From NCBI GenBank assembly GCA_963794945.1, contig CAWCFT010000006.1:32001-96000 (forward strand): a DNA stretch of 64,000 bases, given 5' to 3'. This stretch comes from Endomicrobiales bacterium (lineage in GTDB: Bacteria; Elusimicrobiota; Endomicrobiia; Endomicrobiales; CAWCFT01). The position numbers were made by a program, and so were the translations under genes. The notes beneath the pieces were generated by a model. The model had not been told where the DNA came from and made no database searches. It saw only the letters and a program-made list of their open reading frames with translations. Position 1 is the stretch's first letter. The number at the start of each line of letters is the position of its first letter. Shown one piece after another: positions 53,636 through 64,000 of the stretch.

Positions 53636-56600
53636 CTTGCCTCCCTCCCCCAAGAGCCTGTGTTACAGGCAGTGATATAGCAACCGTTGTCCCGTTCCCC
53701 AATTCGCTATCAATATTGATCGCCCCGTTATGGAGGTTTACGATCTCGTTGCAAATCGTCAGGCCAAGTCCAGTTCCTTTTGATTTCCGCGTAAAGAACG
53801 GCTCAAAAAGCCTTTCCATGTTTGCCTGCTCAATGCCTGTACCGTTGTCCTTAAATGTTATTATAACATTATTTTTTTCATCAAGCTCCGCTCTGATCTC
53901 GACCCTGCCGTTACTTTTGCTTATGGATTGGCTTGCATTATCGAGAACGTTACTAAACACCTCTCTTAGCTGAATGGAATCGGCCTTGATGCTCACGTCT
54001 TTGACAAGCTCGTACTGCTTGTCAAATTCTATGTTATTCTTGTCATATTTGTCCCTCGCAAAATTTATGCACTCGTCCAAAACGTCGTGCACCTTTACAT
54101 CTTCAAAGTTAGGAACTTTTATGCGTGAATAATTTAGCAGGTTGTTGATTATCTGATTGCTCTCGCTTATCTTTTTTTCAATGTTCGCTATATGGCTCCC
54201 AAGGTTCCCGCTCTGGTTCTTTTTTCTTATGTTATAAACGGCTGTCCTTATCACACCAAGTGGGTTGCGGAGCTCATGGGCGACGGTAGCAGACAGTGTG
54301 CCGATATCCGAAAGGCGTTTTGACTTTCCCAGTTCAACCTTGGCATTCATCAGTTCCTTTGTTCTTTCAACGACCAGCTTCTCTATCATGCTTACGTCCC
54401 TTTTTAGTATTTCTTCGGCCCTCTTTTGTTCAGTTATATCAAGGAACAACACGGCGAACTGGTGCGGTAAAGGACTGAACGCGTACACCTGATGGTATTT
54501 TTGCAGAGCGGGTGAATAGTATGAGAATTGGACCGCCTTGCCAGTTGACGCCATTTTAATATATTCCCGCACGAAGAGCGGGTCATCGTCAGGCGCAACC
54601 TCGCTTTGTTTTTTTCCAATAATATCTTCCCGCCTCAATCCCGTTAACCTTTCAAAAGCCGGATTTACATCTAATATCCGGTAATCGCAGGGCTTTCCCT
54701 TATCATCGTATATTATTTCGTTGAGGCTGAACCCTTCAGTCATCCCATTAAAAAGGGTACGGTAAAGTTCTTCACTCTTTTTTAGCGCTCCTTCCATTGC
54801 TTTCCGTTCGGTCACGTTCCTAAAGTATCCTATGATGCCGTCCACCCTGCCGAACGAATCGCGCTTGGGAATGTATGAGCCCTCAAAAAACTGGACACTC
54901 CCGTCTCTGGAAGTAAGAGGAACACTTACATATTCCCGGATACCGGTTTCAATGACTTTTCTCTTTAATTTTACAAGTTCATCAGCATCGGATCTGGATA
55001 AAATATCTAGATCCGTCTTCCCTATCATATCCGTTTCGCTTAAGCCAAGCTGCGGATTGACTACCCAGGCATACCGCAGCTCCGTATCTTGTATAAAAAT
55101 ATGGTCCGGAGTATTTGTAGCGATAAGCTTGAACTTTTCTTCGCTTTCCCTGAGTGCCTTTTCGGATTTAGTGTGTTCCACGCGCAGCCTAATAGTGTGA
55201 ATACCGTGAGCCGTGTCGTTTGCCAACTCTGCAAGGAGGTTCTTTTCGGTGTCCGCGAACACTTCTATTGACTGCGAGTATATAGAAATTGCCCCAAACG
55301 TTTTCCCATATGCCGTTAAAGGGATAACTATACACGAAGCATATCCTCTCTTCAAGGCCTCTTCGCGCCATGGTGCAAAATTAGGGTCAGTCTTTATGTT
55401 CCTGCATATACTGATCTGTCCTGTCCTTATCGCCGTACCGATTGGCCCGCGGCCTCGCTCCGCGTCAGCCCAGGTAAGGTTCAAAGTATCAAGGTATCCC
55501 TGTTCAAAACCCGCATATGCGGCAGGCCATATAGATTTCTCTTCGTCTTCCACCGCGTACCCTACCCAAACCATGGCATACCCGCAGTCCCTTACTATTA
55601 TGTTGCATATAGCGTCAAGGTATTCCGATTCTTCTGTGGCGCTTATTATTGACCGGCTGTTTCCGCCGAGAGCCTGGAGGACCCTGTTTATCCTGAGAAG
55701 ATCCTTTTCCCTTTCCTTAAGCTCCGTTATGTTCTTGCCGTAAATATTAACAAAACCTTCTTCTCTGATCGGCACAAATTCCAGCGTATAGGTAATGTCC
55801 CCAACATCGGTCTCAAAATGCTGGTTTTTTCTTGAAACAAGGCATTCTCTTATCATATCGGCTACATTGCCCGGCACCATGTAACCGGTTTTACAGCCCC
55901 ATTTCTCCAAGAGAATTGAACTCGACTCGTTTGCATATAACAAAACACCGTTTTTGGACACGCGCATAACCGGGCTCGGATTCTCGCGCGGATACCTGGC
56001 GAGGTCATCGAGCCCCTTTTCATAATTAAGCTTAGCTATGGCGACCGCTGCGTGGTTTGTCACCGCTTTCATGAAAGACAGATCAGATTCGCTGAATGTC
56101 TCGCGGCGGCTGGTACCGAACGACAGTGTCCCTATGACCTTTCCTCCTTCTGCTGTCAGCGGATGGCACGCATATGCTTTTATGCCGTAGGATTTAACTA
56201 ACTTCGTCTTTTCATCCTGTGAAGAATTAATATGCTCGGCAACCACGCGGCTCCTGTCCCTTGCCACGCAGCGGCAGACCGACGAACCATATTCTAGCCA
56301 TTCGATGCGCTTGGCTTCTTCTTCCGGGATACCGGAATAAGCATTAAGGTGAAGCCTTACGGTTTTTTCATCCACAAGATAATTGAAATATACCTGACAG
56401 TCAAGATACTCCATTACTTTGCGGCATAGAGACTCTACGAGTTTCTGGGGTTCAGGCGACTGCAAAAGCTTAACCGCCACTTCTGAGAGTAATGCGAACC
56501 TTACCGCGTGGACCTGCCAGCGTTTTTCACTTTCGATCAAGGCTTCCTGCGACAGTTCTCTTTCAGTGATATCATACGCCACCTCGCCGGCACCGGAGAT

Positions 56601-58108
56601 CTTGCCATCGGAATCTCTTATCGGGGTCTGCTGTGACAAATAAGTTCTTCGATATAACTTTGGATCGCCGTATTCTATTTTTCTGGTAAGATTCTCACCT
56701 TTAAGCACCTTCTCCCACTCGCCGACAATGATCTTGAGCTGTTCCGGCATCTGAGAGAAAACATCGAGCAAACTCATGCCGATGCTGATATCTTTACCGC
56801 TCAGGAGCTTGATCTCTTCCTTATAAGACTCATTGAAAAATATGTAGCGAAAGTCTGTGTCTATCGCTGCTATTATCACTTCGGTACCCCTGGTCACGGC
56901 TTCAAGCAGTTCATGTGCCCGTTTCAACCTGCGTTCGGTTAGCTTTTGTTCTGTGATATCGACTCCAGAGCTAAGGACTGCCGTTATATTTCCACTGTCA
57001 TCTTTAAGCAGGCTGTTGCGCCAGGATATTAAACGTTCGCTCCCATCTTTTAGCAGTATTAGATGTTCAATTTGTTCCACAAACTTCATTTCTCCTGATA
57101 TAAGCCTGCTAAAAGCATCTTCCGCTTCATTCCTAAACCTTTCGGGAACAAATGTATTGAACCAGTTCTTGCCGATAATCTCTTCTCTTTCATAACCTAG
57201 CATCTCACAGCCTTTAACATTTATCATACTCACAACCCGTGACGCTTCTATGATCACGCTCATATCACTCGATATATCCAGGCATTTACGCGTAAGGTCC
57301 ATTTCATTTTTCAGGCTCGGGAACAAAAGATCGTAAGGCCTTTTAAACCCGGTTTCTATGACTGCCTTGTAAATGAAATATGCCGAAACCATCCTGAAGA
57401 AATGGCCTGCAATGCTCATTGGCCCATTGGGATTATTATAAAGTGCTATGCTTATTTCACTAAGGACAGCGAAAAGCAGGCAAAGCACGAAATATTTTGA
57501 CACTTCACTGTCCAGTGATTTGCCTTTTTTAAGCGTTATAAAAGCTGAGACTGCAAAAGACCCCACTATCACGAACTCGCACAATATTTTAAATAAAGTA
57601 AACCCCGAGCCCTGAACATAGCACGCGGGGAACCAGCCTTTGTACACAAACGCGAATACGGCTGTAACAAATAAAAAATATACTGCGCTAAAATATCTGG
57701 AGCTGATCCTGTTCCCAATATAAAATGGAGCTATAAGGAAGGATACTGCCTGAAGGGATCGGGCGTGCTAACCACAACTGGGTTGCCGGCATCCTGCCGG
57801 CTTAGGGGTGATATAACATTCATTCCCGTGAAAGAGAACGTGTGGGCAATATCTATGAACCCTGTGAACAGGTATGCTATGCCAAGAATAACAAAAAAAC
57901 CGTTATTCATATAACGGCGGGCGTTCCATGTGAGGGCGAATATGCCAAACCCTGCCATGATACTGAATGTTTCTGAAATAGTTTGGAAAAGCAGAAAATC
58001 TTTGGCGGCGAGATAGAAAAATGCGGCGGCTACCACAATGAACTCTAAAGCTCTGAGAACGCCTTTTTGGTACCCTGTTCCATCGAGGGATAAAGCTTTA
58101 GCGTTCAT
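53625..58108 (-). CDS. Large sensor histidine kinase, MASE3-like membrane domain plus multiple PAS/GAF (frameshifts about 57650-57780)
   Basis: FQTISETFSI..GFGIF..WN, HTFSFTGM; PAS/GAF repeats; VAHELRNPL; FEPFFTRKSKGTGLGL. Confidence 0.9.
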
Positions 58109-58827
58109 GACTTCCTGAATTTTTTCTTTTTTCTTGATTCCGTAGGCGTGGCCCCAGTGACTTTTTTAAATATGCGCATGAATGATTCCGGGTTCATGTA
58201 TCCCAGCTTGTCAGAAACCTCGCTTATAGTGCACCCGGTTTCGGCCAGCATCAGCCGCGCCTTGTCTATTTTTATCTTAAGTTTGTAGTCCATAAATCCT
58301 GTTCCGGCTATATCCTTAAAAACCCTGCTTAGATATTTCGGGCTAAGGCCCGCGGCCTTGGCCGCATCTTCGAGTGATATTTTTCTCAGCCAGTTCCTTT
58401 CGATATAGCGTTTTATCCTGTTTATTTTTTGCTGTATCTCCGTAGCACCGGCTTCGTTTTTATGCTTGGACGCTTCGAGCAGCTTTTCGATTATCTGCTT
58501 CAGTTTGTCTATATTTACCGGTTTTTCCAAATAATCGTTAGCCTGCCCGCGGAGCGATTCAACGGCGATATCCTTCGAGCTAAACGCCGTAAGAATGATG
58601 ACTTTAAGCTCGGGGTCCCTTTTCTTGATTACGCTCAGTATTTCAGTCCCTGTCAAACCCGGCATTTTGTAATCGAGAATAACGAGGTCTACTTCGTTAG
58701 GTTTATTAAGTATCTCAAGCGCCCTCTGCCCGTCTGATGCTTCAATGACATTATACTCGTCAAGACTGCACACCAGCTCTTCCCTGAATTCTTTTTCGTC
58801 ATCTACGATAAGAATTGTCTCGCTCAT
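58105..58827 (-). CDS. Response regulator with AraC-family HTH output
   Basis: LIVDDE, ILDYKMPG, LEKP; ISLEDAA..GLSPKYLSRVFK, SEVSDKLGYMNPESFMRIFKKVTGATP. Confidence 0.93.
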   Translation of the reverse strand: MSETILIVDDEKEFREELVCSLDEYNVIEASDGQRALEILNKPNEVDLVILDYKMPGLTGTEILSVIKKRDPELKVIILTAFSSKDIAVESLRGQANDYLEKPVNIDKLKQIIEKLLEASKHKNEAGATEIQQKINRIKRYIERNWLRKISLEDAAKAAGLSPKYLSRVFKDIAGTGFMDYKLKIKIDKARLMLAETGCTISEVSDKLGYMNPESFMRIFKKVTGATPTESRKKKKFRKS

Positions 58828-58863
58828 TTTCCACCCCTCTAATGTGTTTACAGTTTAAGTAAA

Positions 58864-58923
58864 ATTGTACAACTATTAACCGCATATATCAATAACCTTT
58901 TTCCGGAATTAGCTGACTTTTTT
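58864..58923 (-). promoter_or_regulatory. Promoter of AraC RR-kinase operon with AAAAAAGTCAG site
   Basis: Site 58913-23, N20, TTGATA (58892-87), N17, TG-TACAAT (58869-64). Confidence 0.75.
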
Positions 58924-58966
58924 CTACTATAGAAATCCGGCTATTTCTGGCCGCCATGCAAAATAC

Positions 58967-59004
58967 AAAGAAGCCCCGCGGTTCTATGACCGCGAAACTT
59001 CTTT
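58967..59004 (-). terminator. Probable intrinsic terminator
   Basis: Minus RNA aaagaaguuucgcggu-cauaga-accgcggggcuucuuu with G-U pairs then U-rich tail. Confidence 0.7.
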
Positions 59005-59077
59005 TTCTTTCTATTGCCCTTCCGTCATGACAGCTGAAGTACAGGCGTATATTTATAAAACCGGCAAAGACCGGCGT

Positions 59078-59452
59078 TCAATCCATGTCCTCCCAAAGCT
59101 CCAGAATATTACCCTCTGTATCCATGACCTCAGCCCACCACCCCCACTCACCTGCCTCTGTTTTGCCCGTTACTACCTTGCCGCCCGATCCTTTAACGGC
59201 CTTTAGCGTCTTTTCTATTGAAGGCACGTCAACCACGACCGTAACCTTGTCTGACTTCGACTCTCTTTTGAATATCCCGCCGTTGATCGCGCCTTTTTCT
59301 TTTGGCATCCAGTTTTTATCCGTATCGACAGTTTCTATGTGGTAATAATCCTCTTTGTGGGCGTCAATCTTCCAGCCAAAGACCTTTTTAAAGAATTTCT
59401 TCGCCCTGTCCATCTTTTCGGCTGGTATTTCAAAACCTGTTACTTTATCCAT
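59078..59452 (-). CDS. VOC (glyoxalase/bleomycin resistance) family protein
   Basis: FEIPA...RAKKFF..VFGW, GAINGG, DTEGNILELWE. Confidence 0.9.
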   Translation of the reverse strand: MDKVTGFEIPAEKMDRAKKFFKKVFGWKIDAHKEDYYHIETVDTDKNWMPKEKGAINGGIFKRESKSDKVTVVVDVPSIEKTLKAVKGSGGKVVTGKTEAGEWGWWAEVMDTEGNILELWEDMD

Positions 59453-59480
59453 ATTCCCTCCTTGCTTTTTTAGCTGTTGT

Positions 59481-59924
59481 TTAAAGCTCTGCCTCGCTCA
59501 TCCACGCGCCGTGAATGTTGCACCTCCCGATCACCGTGATCCTTCCTTTTGACACTTTCAGGTGCAGCCCGACTGCCGGATTCATGTTAATTGGTGCCAG
59601 GTACGTTCGTGACACATATTTTTTATCAATGTAAACATCGATGTACATGATATAATGCTCGGGCAGCATAGGATGGATGACCTCGCCTATCCTTATATTG
59701 ACATCCTCGCACTCGTCCGGAACAAGCTTGCACGCTTTTGTAACGGATATCTGCGGTATATGCTTTTTGTTCGTCTCAAGTTTTTCTGTGTCCTTTGACG
59801 GCTCAACGATGGCAATCGGGTCCTCCTTGAACGATTCCTTTGGTGCAAGGCACACAGGGCATTTCTCCGGAGCTTTTCCGTCAATCGCTATAAATCCGCA
59901 AACTTTGCATTCTAATCCTTTCAT
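59481..59924 (-). CDS. Superoxide reductase domain with N-terminal rubredoxin-like domain
   Basis: CKVCG...CPVC; KKHIP, HPMLPEHYI, CNIHG. Confidence 0.85.
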   Translation of the reverse strand: MKGLECKVCGFIAIDGKAPEKCPVCLAPKESFKEDPIAIVEPSKDTEKLETNKKHIPQISVTKACKLVPDECEDVNIRIGEVIHPMLPEHYIMYIDVYIDKKYVSRTYLAPINMNPAVGLHLKVSKGRITVIGRCNIHGAWMSEAEL

Positions 59925-59967
59925 TTGATTCCTCCTAGATGCTTCGTTTCTGGTCTACATGCTTTAA

Positions 59968-60552
59968 CTAAAGCTGCGTTGCCACCCACTTGCCGTCTTT
60001 TGTCTTGGATAATTTGAGTTTCGCGTGGCATCTGGGGCACGTTATAATGTCGCCTTCTTTAGCGCCCACAGGCACTATATTTTCCTGCCCGCAAACCGGA
60101 CAGCCCACCGTTGAATTTTCAATATATGTGATCTGTACCGGCTTCGGAGCCTGCACCGAGATCATAACCAGCTCCTTATTGCCGGAATTCACTAGGCCGT
60201 GCGGTACGTTAGCCGGGCCGTAAACAACGGAACCGCTGTCTACCATGATCTGGTCACTGCCCACAGTGAATTGCCCTCTGCCTTCCGTTATATAGAACAG
60301 TTCATCGTTGTTCGGGTGTTTGTGAAAATAGAGCAGCTGTTTGGGCTCGAAATAATATATATTGAATATAAATTTGTCGGTGATAAGCGGTACTTTTTTC
60401 AGAGATTCTTTTGCGTCGAACTCCCTAATATCATTAATATTTACTGTTTGTATCCCGTCCCTTTTCACGGGCGCCATTTTGGTCGTATCGTCCGCCAAAC
60501 CCAAGGCGACGGATGCCAACATAACCGATACCAGCAATGCCAGTCTTTTCAT
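59968..60552 (-). CDS. Exported cupin protein with C-terminal Zn ribbon
   Basis: Signal peptide; HKHP..DELFYI.EG, PANVPHG; CPVC..17..CPRC. Confidence 0.8.
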   Translation of the reverse strand: MKRLALLVSVMLASVALGLADDTTKMAPVKRDGIQTVNINDIREFDAKESLKKVPLITDKFIFNIYYFEPKQLLYFHKHPNNDELFYITEGRGQFTVGSDQIMVDSGSVVYGPANVPHGLVNSGNKELVMISVQAPKPVQITYIENSTVGCPVCGQENIVPVGAKEGDIITCPRCHAKLKLSKTKDGKWVATQL

Positions 60553-60587
60553 TTTGTCCTCCTTAAACATTTTTAAATGCCAACAAA

Positions 60588-60647
60588 AGTATACAAAGTC
60601 GGCCCGCGATACTCAATGTTGTATTTCTCTTAAAAACTGACTTTGTT
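60588..60647 (-). promoter_or_regulatory. Promoter with upstream AACAAAGTCAG site
   Basis: Site 60637-47, N20, TTGAGT, N17, TG-TATACT (60593-88). Confidence 0.72.
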
Positions 60648-60685
60648 TACACCTTAACTATTTACACTGTTATGGGATTTTTGGC

Positions 60686-61999
60686 TCAAACGGGGGTATT
60701 TCTAAAAGGCAGGTTCACTGTTACAGTCGTTCCTTTATCTACTTCGCTTTCTATCTTAATTGTGCCGTTGTGAAGTTTAACGATCTGATCGCACACCGCA
60801 AGGCCGAGCCCAGTTCCTTTGGCTTTTGTCGAAAAAAAAGGCTCGAATATCCTGTCCAGTATCTCCTTTGGGATGCCCGAGCCGTTATCCCTGACGGCAA
60901 TGCCGACAAATCCGCTCTGAATACCGGCATTGATCGTGACCATTCCGGAGCGGTCCTTTACAGCGTCGCAGGCGTTGTAGAAGATATTGTTGAATAGCTC
61001 TTTCATCTGGAACGGATCGGCAGTAAAAACTATCCCTTTTTCAGAGGCGTACTGCGCAGCTATAGTTACTTTTTTGCCCGCGTTCCTGCCATGCGCTGAA
61101 TTGATGCAGTCGCTTATTATGTCCCTGATGTTAGTTTTTTCATACTGCGGCGGTCTAAGGCGGGAGTAGAACAAAAGATTATTAATTATGCAGTCGCTTT
61201 CAAAAACCTTTTTCTCTATGTTAAGCAGCTTTGCGTCGAATTCAGTGCTTTGGATTTTCCTTTTAATGTTATACGCGGCTAGTTTTATGGCGGCGAGCGG
61301 GGTTCTTAATTCGTGCGCCACCGTAGCCGCGAGTATTCCTATGTCTTTAAGCCGTTTGGACTGCTCTATCTCCAGCCTGGCGTACAGCAGGTCGCGTGTT
61401 TTTTCGCTGACGATCTTCTCCAGCGCTTCTTTGTCGCGTGACAGGACCTCTTCTAGTTTCTTTCGGTCGCTTATATCTATGGCCGCTACGTAACATTGCG
61501 GCGGCCCCGCAGGAGATTTTATCTTTACACCGTCAAGCCTGGCGAAGAACGGCGCCCTTTTAACCGCGTTAAGCATTACTTCGCCGGTGCACCGCTCTCC
61601 GGACACCAAAACGTGGCTCAGGAACAAGCTGAAGGAATCCCTGTAACCCTCGGCCACGAATGACGAGAACCTTTTATTTATTAAATGATCTTTATTTATC
61701 CCCAGCTGGTGGCCCGCGAAAAGGTTAGCGTCCAGAACAACACCGTTGATGTCAATAGTGTAATAACCTACGGGCGCGAAGTCGTAAAGGTCAAGGTACT
61801 TATCGCGAGCGGTTTCGGCGAATTGGCGGAGGATGGTAAGATCGTCGTTTTGAAGTTCGAGCTCTGTCTGGTGCAGCTTAAGTTCTTGGATAAGCCGCTC
61901 GGCGCGGCGTTTCTTCAAGGTGCACGCGGGCACGCCTTTTTTCATCTGCAGCATTTCCGTCCTTACCGGAAGGCAATTCCTGCTGACTTTTCTCTTCAT
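60686..61999 (-). CDS. Cytoplasmic PAS sensor histidine kinase
   Basis: HQTELELQN, LYDFAPVGY, VAHELRTPL, DNGSGI, KGTGLGL. Confidence 0.92.
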   Translation of the reverse strand: MKRKVSRNCLPVRTEMLQMKKGVPACTLKKRRAERLIQELKLHQTELELQNDDLTILRQFAETARDKYLDLYDFAPVGYYTIDINGVVLDANLFAGHQLGINKDHLINKRFSSFVAEGYRDSFSLFLSHVLVSGERCTGEVMLNAVKRAPFFARLDGVKIKSPAGPPQCYVAAIDISDRKKLEEVLSRDKEALEKIVSEKTRDLLYARLEIEQSKRLKDIGILAATVAHELRTPLAAIKLAAYNIKRKIQSTEFDAKLLNIEKKVFESDCIINNLLFYSRLRPPQYEKTNIRDIISDCINSAHGRNAGKKVTIAAQYASEKGIVFTADPFQMKELFNNIFYNACDAVKDRSGMVTINAGIQSGFVGIAVRDNGSGIPKEILDRIFEPFFSTKAKGTGLGLAVCDQIVKLHNGTIKIESEVDKGTTVTVNLPFRNTPV

Positions 62000-62006
62000 C
62001 GCTTTA

Positions 62007-62066
62007 ATTATAATTTAACTAAAGCTTCCATAACATTACCAAACTCCACAATTTACTGACTTATTT
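62007..62066 (-). promoter_or_regulatory. Promoter with upstream AAATAAGTCAG site
   Basis: Site 62056-66, 43 bp to TATAAT (62012-07); poor -35 (TGTTAT). Confidence 0.65.
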
Positions 62067-62186
62067 CCTCTTTATTGTTGTTAAAATGAAAAAATATGCA
62101 CCGTGGTTAATAGCAGATATTGTAAATATACACTTTACATAAATCCATGGCCTAAAAGGGGCTTACCTTGCGTCTAACCTGGCTTT

Positions 62187-62399
62187 TCAGCCGTTCTTTC
62201 TCTTTTTCCGGACTTCATCTATGCCTTCCCTGAACCCCTGAATCGCGTCCTTTGCAGTATCTACGGCTGTACCGACAGCCTTGCCGGACAATTTCACGGC
62301 TTCTTTGCCGGCGCCCTTTAGGCTTTCTTTGATCTCTTCGGCTGTCTTTATTACGGTTTCCCTGACCGCCTTCTTGACACTGCTTTCTTGTTTTTCCAT
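62187..62399 (-). CDS. Small hydrophilic hypothetical protein
   Basis: 70 aa K/A/E-rich amphipathic ORF with GGAG RBS. Confidence 0.6.
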   Translation of the reverse strand: MEKQESSVKKAVRETVIKTAEEIKESLKGAGKEAVKLSGKAVGTAVDTAKDAIQGFREGIDEVRKKRKNG

Positions 62400-62409
62400 A
62401 GTTTTCTCC

Positions 62410-63828
62410 TTAGCTTAGATCTCTAATAATGACCTGGTAAAATTCGTTCCATTCTATGACAAAGTGCTGCAAATTCATTTCCACTTGGAACGTGCTGCCG
62501 TCTTTACGTTGATTATAGGTTTTAAATATATGGTTCCCTTTCCTGTTGAGTATATCGAATTCATTTGTAAATGCTTCAAGAGATTCTGGCGCCTGCAAGT
62601 CTTTCGCGTTCAGCTCAAGCATTTCCGCCCTGGAGTACTGGTAAGAGCTAAGCGCTTTATCGTTAGCTTCTATCACTTTAAAGTCCTTATCGAGGATTAG
62701 GATAATAATGTTCGCATATCTTATAAGATAATCATATTTTTTCGCGATCGTCTTACGCTCTACCTCAGCTTCATATTGTTTTTTATAAATGTTTCCTATC
62801 TGCTGGTACCATATCGACCCTACTATCGCACCGGCCGCCAGCACGCTGCACAACACAAGCAGCGATATAAGCAGCGCCCTTCTTCTCACCGGTGCGTAAA
62901 CCTCTTCTTTGTCTATCTTTGCGATCAGTTTCCATGTCGAACCTGGCACAGCCTTAATTGCCGCCACCACAAGATTGCCACGGTAGTTAATGCCTTCGGT
63001 AAGGCCTTCAAACCCGCTGGCGGCCATCGTTGCGGGTGACCGCTTGCTGCTTAGTGGGACAAAATACGAAAGTGCGGCGTTACGTAGGAACCTAAGTTTG
63101 TTCAAATAAAGGGCATTGTCGCCTTCTCTTCTCACCAACAAAGTTTCAAATGTTTTGGTCTCAACGGGCCAGGTCTGCACGAATGGAAAAAGGAATTTTT
63201 CCGGATCAATCCTTAATAACAGAAGGCCCACAACACCAGCGCCGCCGGCACGGTTTTCGACAACCGGGGCATAAATATCTAGATTCACCGATATGCCGGA
63301 CCCGTTCCTGTACAGGTCTGACATGACCGCTTCTTTATTTTTTACGGCGCTGGATGCCAGGTCGTGTTCATATCTGCCAAGCGAGGAGTCCGCGTTTTCG
63401 CTTTTAAACGCAACCTCGTTCAACGAGGTTGAATAAAGATAAATACCTTTATATTCCAAATGATCATAAAATTGTCTGGTCCATCTGTAAAACATTCTAT
63501 TTCGTTCATCTTTATTCATGACCTTCAAAAGCTGGCTTATTTTATTGGAATCTTCAAATATCGGCGCAAGTTTTGAAGCGTCGGCCAGGCGTTCGTTCCG
63601 CCAGTTGACCACTTGTTCTACTTTTAATTCCGCGATGGTCGACAACTCTTCTTTTCTCTGGTTAAGTATTTCTTTTTTGCGGTCTTCGAAATAGGCATAC
63701 CCTAACCCCATCAATACGATTACAAATAAAAAATATACGGCAAGAAGCCTATACAAGGACTTCCTGAGCTTTGCATCATATGCGATCAATGCTCTTACCG
63801 TGCTTTCCATTTTGTTCCTGTAGTACAA
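62410..63828 (-). CDS. Membrane sensor protein (TM, Cache-like periplasmic domain, TM, PAS) without output domain
   Basis: IAELKVEQVVNWRNERLADA, WKLIAKID, PAS ending RKDGSTFQVE...IIRDLS*. Confidence 0.8.
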   Translation of the reverse strand: MYYRNKMESTVRALIAYDAKLRKSLYRLLAVYFLFVIVLMGLGYAYFEDRKKEILNQRKEELSTIAELKVEQVVNWRNERLADASKLAPIFEDSNKISQLLKVMNKDERNRMFYRWTRQFYDHLEYKGIYLYSTSLNEVAFKSENADSSLGRYEHDLASSAVKNKEAVMSDLYRNGSGISVNLDIYAPVVENRAGGAGVVGLLLLRIDPEKFLFPFVQTWPVETKTFETLLVRREGDNALYLNKLRFLRNAALSYFVPLSSKRSPATMAASGFEGLTEGINYRGNLVVAAIKAVPGSTWKLIAKIDKEEVYAPVRRRALLISLLVLCSVLAAGAIVGSIWYQQIGNIYKKQYEAEVERKTIAKKYDYLIRYANIIILILDKDFKVIEANDKALSSYQYSRAEMLELNAKDLQAPESLEAFTNEFDILNRKGNHIFKTYNQRKDGSTFQVEMNLQHFVIEWNEFYQVIIRDLS

Positions 63829-64000
63829 TAAAGCATCATATTACGATTCCGTTATTTTCTTGCCGGTTGCTGCTCTACGAACTCAAACGCCGGCGAATCC
63901 ATACAGTAGCGCTTGTGCGTCGGGGGCGGGCCATCGCCGAATACTTCGCCAAGATAAGCGCGCAGCGGGCGCAAAACACCCGCGTACGGATGCCAAGAAA

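Noticed and set aside
2939..58108. Many frameshifted genes (purN, purM, pyrC, purF, purL, purC, pit, guaB3, nrdJ, uvrA, OYE, receivers, kinase) as pseudogenes or programmed frameshifts
   Set aside because: Scattered single-base shifts in otherwise well-conserved genes, with motifs intact on both sides, fit long-read indel errors. Read polishing would confirm.
61..63039. Numerous overlapping opposite-strand or off-frame ORFs in the track
   Set aside because: Shadows of well-supported genes with no recognisable motifs.

Overview
Bacterial chromosomal window, about 50% GC, almost all genes on the minus strand. It looks like an anaerobic diderm; Elusimicrobiota-like is a tentative inference. Many conserved genes are split by single-base frameshifts, most likely assembly indel errors. 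(1) 1-29.5 kb is a co-directional nucleotide-metabolism supercluster: nrdR-nrdJ-dcd-guaB3-guaA-DUF47-pit-purC-purS-purL-purQ-hyp-purF-purD-purE-pyrR-pyrB-pyrC-pyrK-pyrD-LTA synthase family-pyrF-pyrE-purM-purN-four-helix-bundle-purB-probable GH161 phosphorylase, headed by tandem NrdR boxes. (2) 29.7-38.1 kb holds uvrA, a sensor kinase, nadB and panC. (3) 38.4-64 kb is an accessory redox/stress and signalling region (OYE, hemerythrin, ferritin-like, rubredoxin, SOR, Hsp20, several kinases and receivers, an AraC response regulator) with one plus-strand operon: beta-barrel, B12 radical SAM, type III PKS. Two non-coding systems stand out. First, a family of 7-bp-periodic (TAAG-NNN)n inverted-repeat elements punctuates gene junctions of the nucleotide cluster, surrounds an AT-rich four-helix-bundle (23S-IVS/Avd-like) gene, and has one arm inside purM coding sequence. 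Second, an AAAAAAGTCAG-type motif sits 43-44 bp upstream of the -10 box of six accessory-region promoters, defining a candidate activator regulon that includes the PKS operon.
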